A DNA stretch of 64,000 bases from Candidatus Bathyarchaeota archaeon (lineage in GTDB: Archaea; Thermoproteota; Bathyarchaeia; Bathyarchaeales; Bathycorpusculaceae): assembly GCA_963775895.1 (NCBI GenBank), contig CAVZKL010000010.1, positions 32,001-96,000 on the forward strand, read 5' to 3'. Position 1 is the stretch's first letter. Each line of letters starts with the position of its first letter. The notes under the pieces are model-generated. The model had not been told where the DNA came from, ran no database searches, and saw only the letters and a list, made by a program, of their open reading frames with translations. A program made the translations under genes and the position numbers. Positions 62,254 to 64,000 of the stretch are shown here, one piece after another.

Positions 62254-63546
62254 GCGCGCGCAGAGAATTCAAGCACAGACACATCCCCAAAACAGAGACA
62301 CCCAAAGGCCCGCAGAACATATTTGGATCCTAATATTCATGATACATTGAAACCGAGGAGGGGAGGTACACAATAAGCTTTTTTTCAGCGAATAAACCTT
62401 CAGCGCACCCAACCCACAATAAACCCATGACCTCCTAGCTCGCGCGCGCGGTTCAACGCCGTCCAGCGTTCTACGGAACGGCTAGGTCTTTTCTTCCCAC
62501 CCTCGCCAACCCGTTTGAACGTCTTTGAACGATGAACGGGATAACCGCCTCAACAAACAAGAAAGCAAGCGTGCCATAAACAACCCCGCCGATAACGTCC
62601 ACGACATAATGCTCCCCGAGATACACCGTGCTAAACCACACGCCGAACGGAAGAACAAGCACGGGCAACGCCTTCACTCTCACTATCTTGAACGCGTACA
62701 ACGAGATCAACCACGGATACATCGCATGAAGACTCGGAAACGCAGCGAAAGGATTAGACTGAACAAAATCGAAGATCGTGCGATAAAAAGGCACACCCAA
62801 GTGCTGATCCAACTGAAACAAGACACGAGTAGCCTTAACCCCAAACCACGGAGGCGCCACCGGATAGAAAAGGAAAGTGATCAAAGCCGCATACGTCCCG
62901 ACGACAAGAGTCAGAGTGTACCCCCCATAGTTCTTGGGATAAAACTTCCACAAAACGAACGCAAAAGTCACCGGAAGTACAAAATGCAAAGAATAAAAAA
63001 AAGCTCCCATATAATCCAGGAAAGGACTTCTAAAATACTGCTGCAGCACGAGAGTCGGAATCGAACCGAACAATCGCAAATCAGCATTTATAGGCCAAGT
63101 AACATGCACAGCTCCCGAAAGACTGGGAATCAACCCGTAAAAAGCTTCATAACCCAACAGAAGCGCCACAAAAGGAAACCAATCCTTCACAAAACGGCGA
63201 CTCCTCCTATCGTACGCAGCGTACATGAAAAAACACAACACAATGATCTCAGGCCCAGGAATCACCCCATAGGCCAGACAAAAAACCAGCAAAATCGCCA
63301 CAAAAACAGCCGGAACCCCAACAGTCAAGATGCGTGAAAAACGCTCCTCAGATCCCCCGCCAGATTCTGATACGGTTTCTTTGTTCATGGAGTTTTCACG
63401 CTCGCTTTTCGGGGATGCCAGCCACCTCGTTAGGCAACTTTTCGGACAAACGCAACTTTGACCCAAACCAGTTCACGTTCAACAACCATCGTCTATTAAA
63501 CAGTTTCTCAGAATCAGACCAAACTCCACGTCACGAACGTGCGCGC
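62254..63546. repeat. GC runs at 62254-62261, 62441-62450 and 63541-63546 around the PAP2 gene
   Basis: Read directly. Confidence 0.85.
62471..63388 (-). CDS. PAP2-superfamily membrane protein (AUR1/IPC-synthase-like)
   Basis: YPVAPPWF, AAFPSLH, VYLGEHYVVDV. Confidence 0.88.
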   Translation of the reverse strand: MNKETVSESGGGSEERFSRILTVGVPAVFVAILLVFCLAYGVIPGPEIIVLCFFMYAAYDRRSRRFVKDWFPFVALLLGYEAFYGLIPSLSGAVHVTWPINADLRLFGSIPTLVLQQYFRSPFLDYMGAFFYSLHFVLPVTFAFVLWKFYPKNYGGYTLTLVVGTYAALITFLFYPVAPPWFGVKATRVLFQLDQHLGVPFYRTIFDFVQSNPFAAFPSLHAMYPWLISLYAFKIVRVKALPVLVLPFGVWFSTVYLGEHYVVDVIGGVVYGTLAFLFVEAVIPFIVQRRSNGLARVGRKDLAVP

Positions 63547-63687
63547 AGGGATTCAAAGACTATCAAGAAAACAACACCCTGAAACAACCAGATTCCTCTC
63601 GACAAACTCCATGAAAGTCAAACCTCACCATCCCAACGCACATCAACCAAAAGTTTATACCAACTATGAACTCTTGCTCTAGACGAA

Positions 63688-64000
63688 ATGACAGTCCAGA
63701 TTTCACCATTCAATCAAGAACACGCGTCCTCCATCGCTACCCTCCTGAATGAAGAGTACAAGAATACGTACGAATTCATCCCCTTCGACGAAAAGACGGT
63801 CCTATCCCACATCAAGAAACACGGTCTCAAAATTCTCGTGGCGGAAGAAAGAGGCAAACTGAGGGGTCTAATCGCAACTCACCCCGAGGAACACTCGGAA
63901 GAGAGCATACACTGGCTTGCTGCTCAGAAAGGAAATGACCACGCAAGCATCGAGAACATGCTGATCAGAGAAGTTGAGGAAAACGCCAAAGGAGACACTG
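63688..64000 (+). CDS. Probable GNAT-fold protein, runs off the window end
   Basis: Open frame MTVQISPFNQEHASSIATLLNEEY...ILVAEERGKLRGLI...; TTTATA box at about 63654. Confidence 0.6.
   Translation, partial: MTVQISPFNQEHASSIATLLNEEYKNTYEFIPFDEKTVLSHIKKHGLKILVAEERGKLRGLIATHPEEHSEESIHWLAAQKGNDHASIENMLIREVEENAKGDT

Noticed and set aside
62525-63337. 270-aa plus-strand ORF, and similar long antisense ORFs such as 7611..8309, 35191..35733 and 53677..54261
   Set aside because: Shadow frames opposite well-supported genes, explained by codon bias.

Overview
Archaeal chromosomal window, most likely Bathyarchaeia. This assignment is inferred from Alba, eS1, archaeal RPA, a BHB-intron tRNA and the pilin N-terminus. 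Core blocks are carB, rpiA, tRNA-Met, RPA, serS/eS1, a 2-oxoacid:ferredoxin oxidoreductase + HdrA-MvhD + Fe-S/NAD(P)H flavoprotein operon, and pst/phoU. They alternate with accessory stretches of small unrelated genes. Many genes carry single-base frameshifts that look like long-read indel errors. The main unexplained signal is an alternating (GC)n palindrome, core GCGCGCGC, often TA-flanked. I counted 26 runs of 8 nt or more by eye, and 25 of them lie between genes or at gene or fragment ends. They delimit almost every accessory gene between 10 and 21.3 kb and several larger modules later. Three observations support a junction role: an 18-bp direct repeat starting with the GC run brackets one gene, a P-type ATPase is cut at a GC run, and two further short repeat families sit in the same spacers. 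Together this suggests a possible palindrome-delimited gene-cassette or recombination system, loosely analogous to HIP1 or integrons. No recombinase is encoded in this window, so the mechanism is inference.
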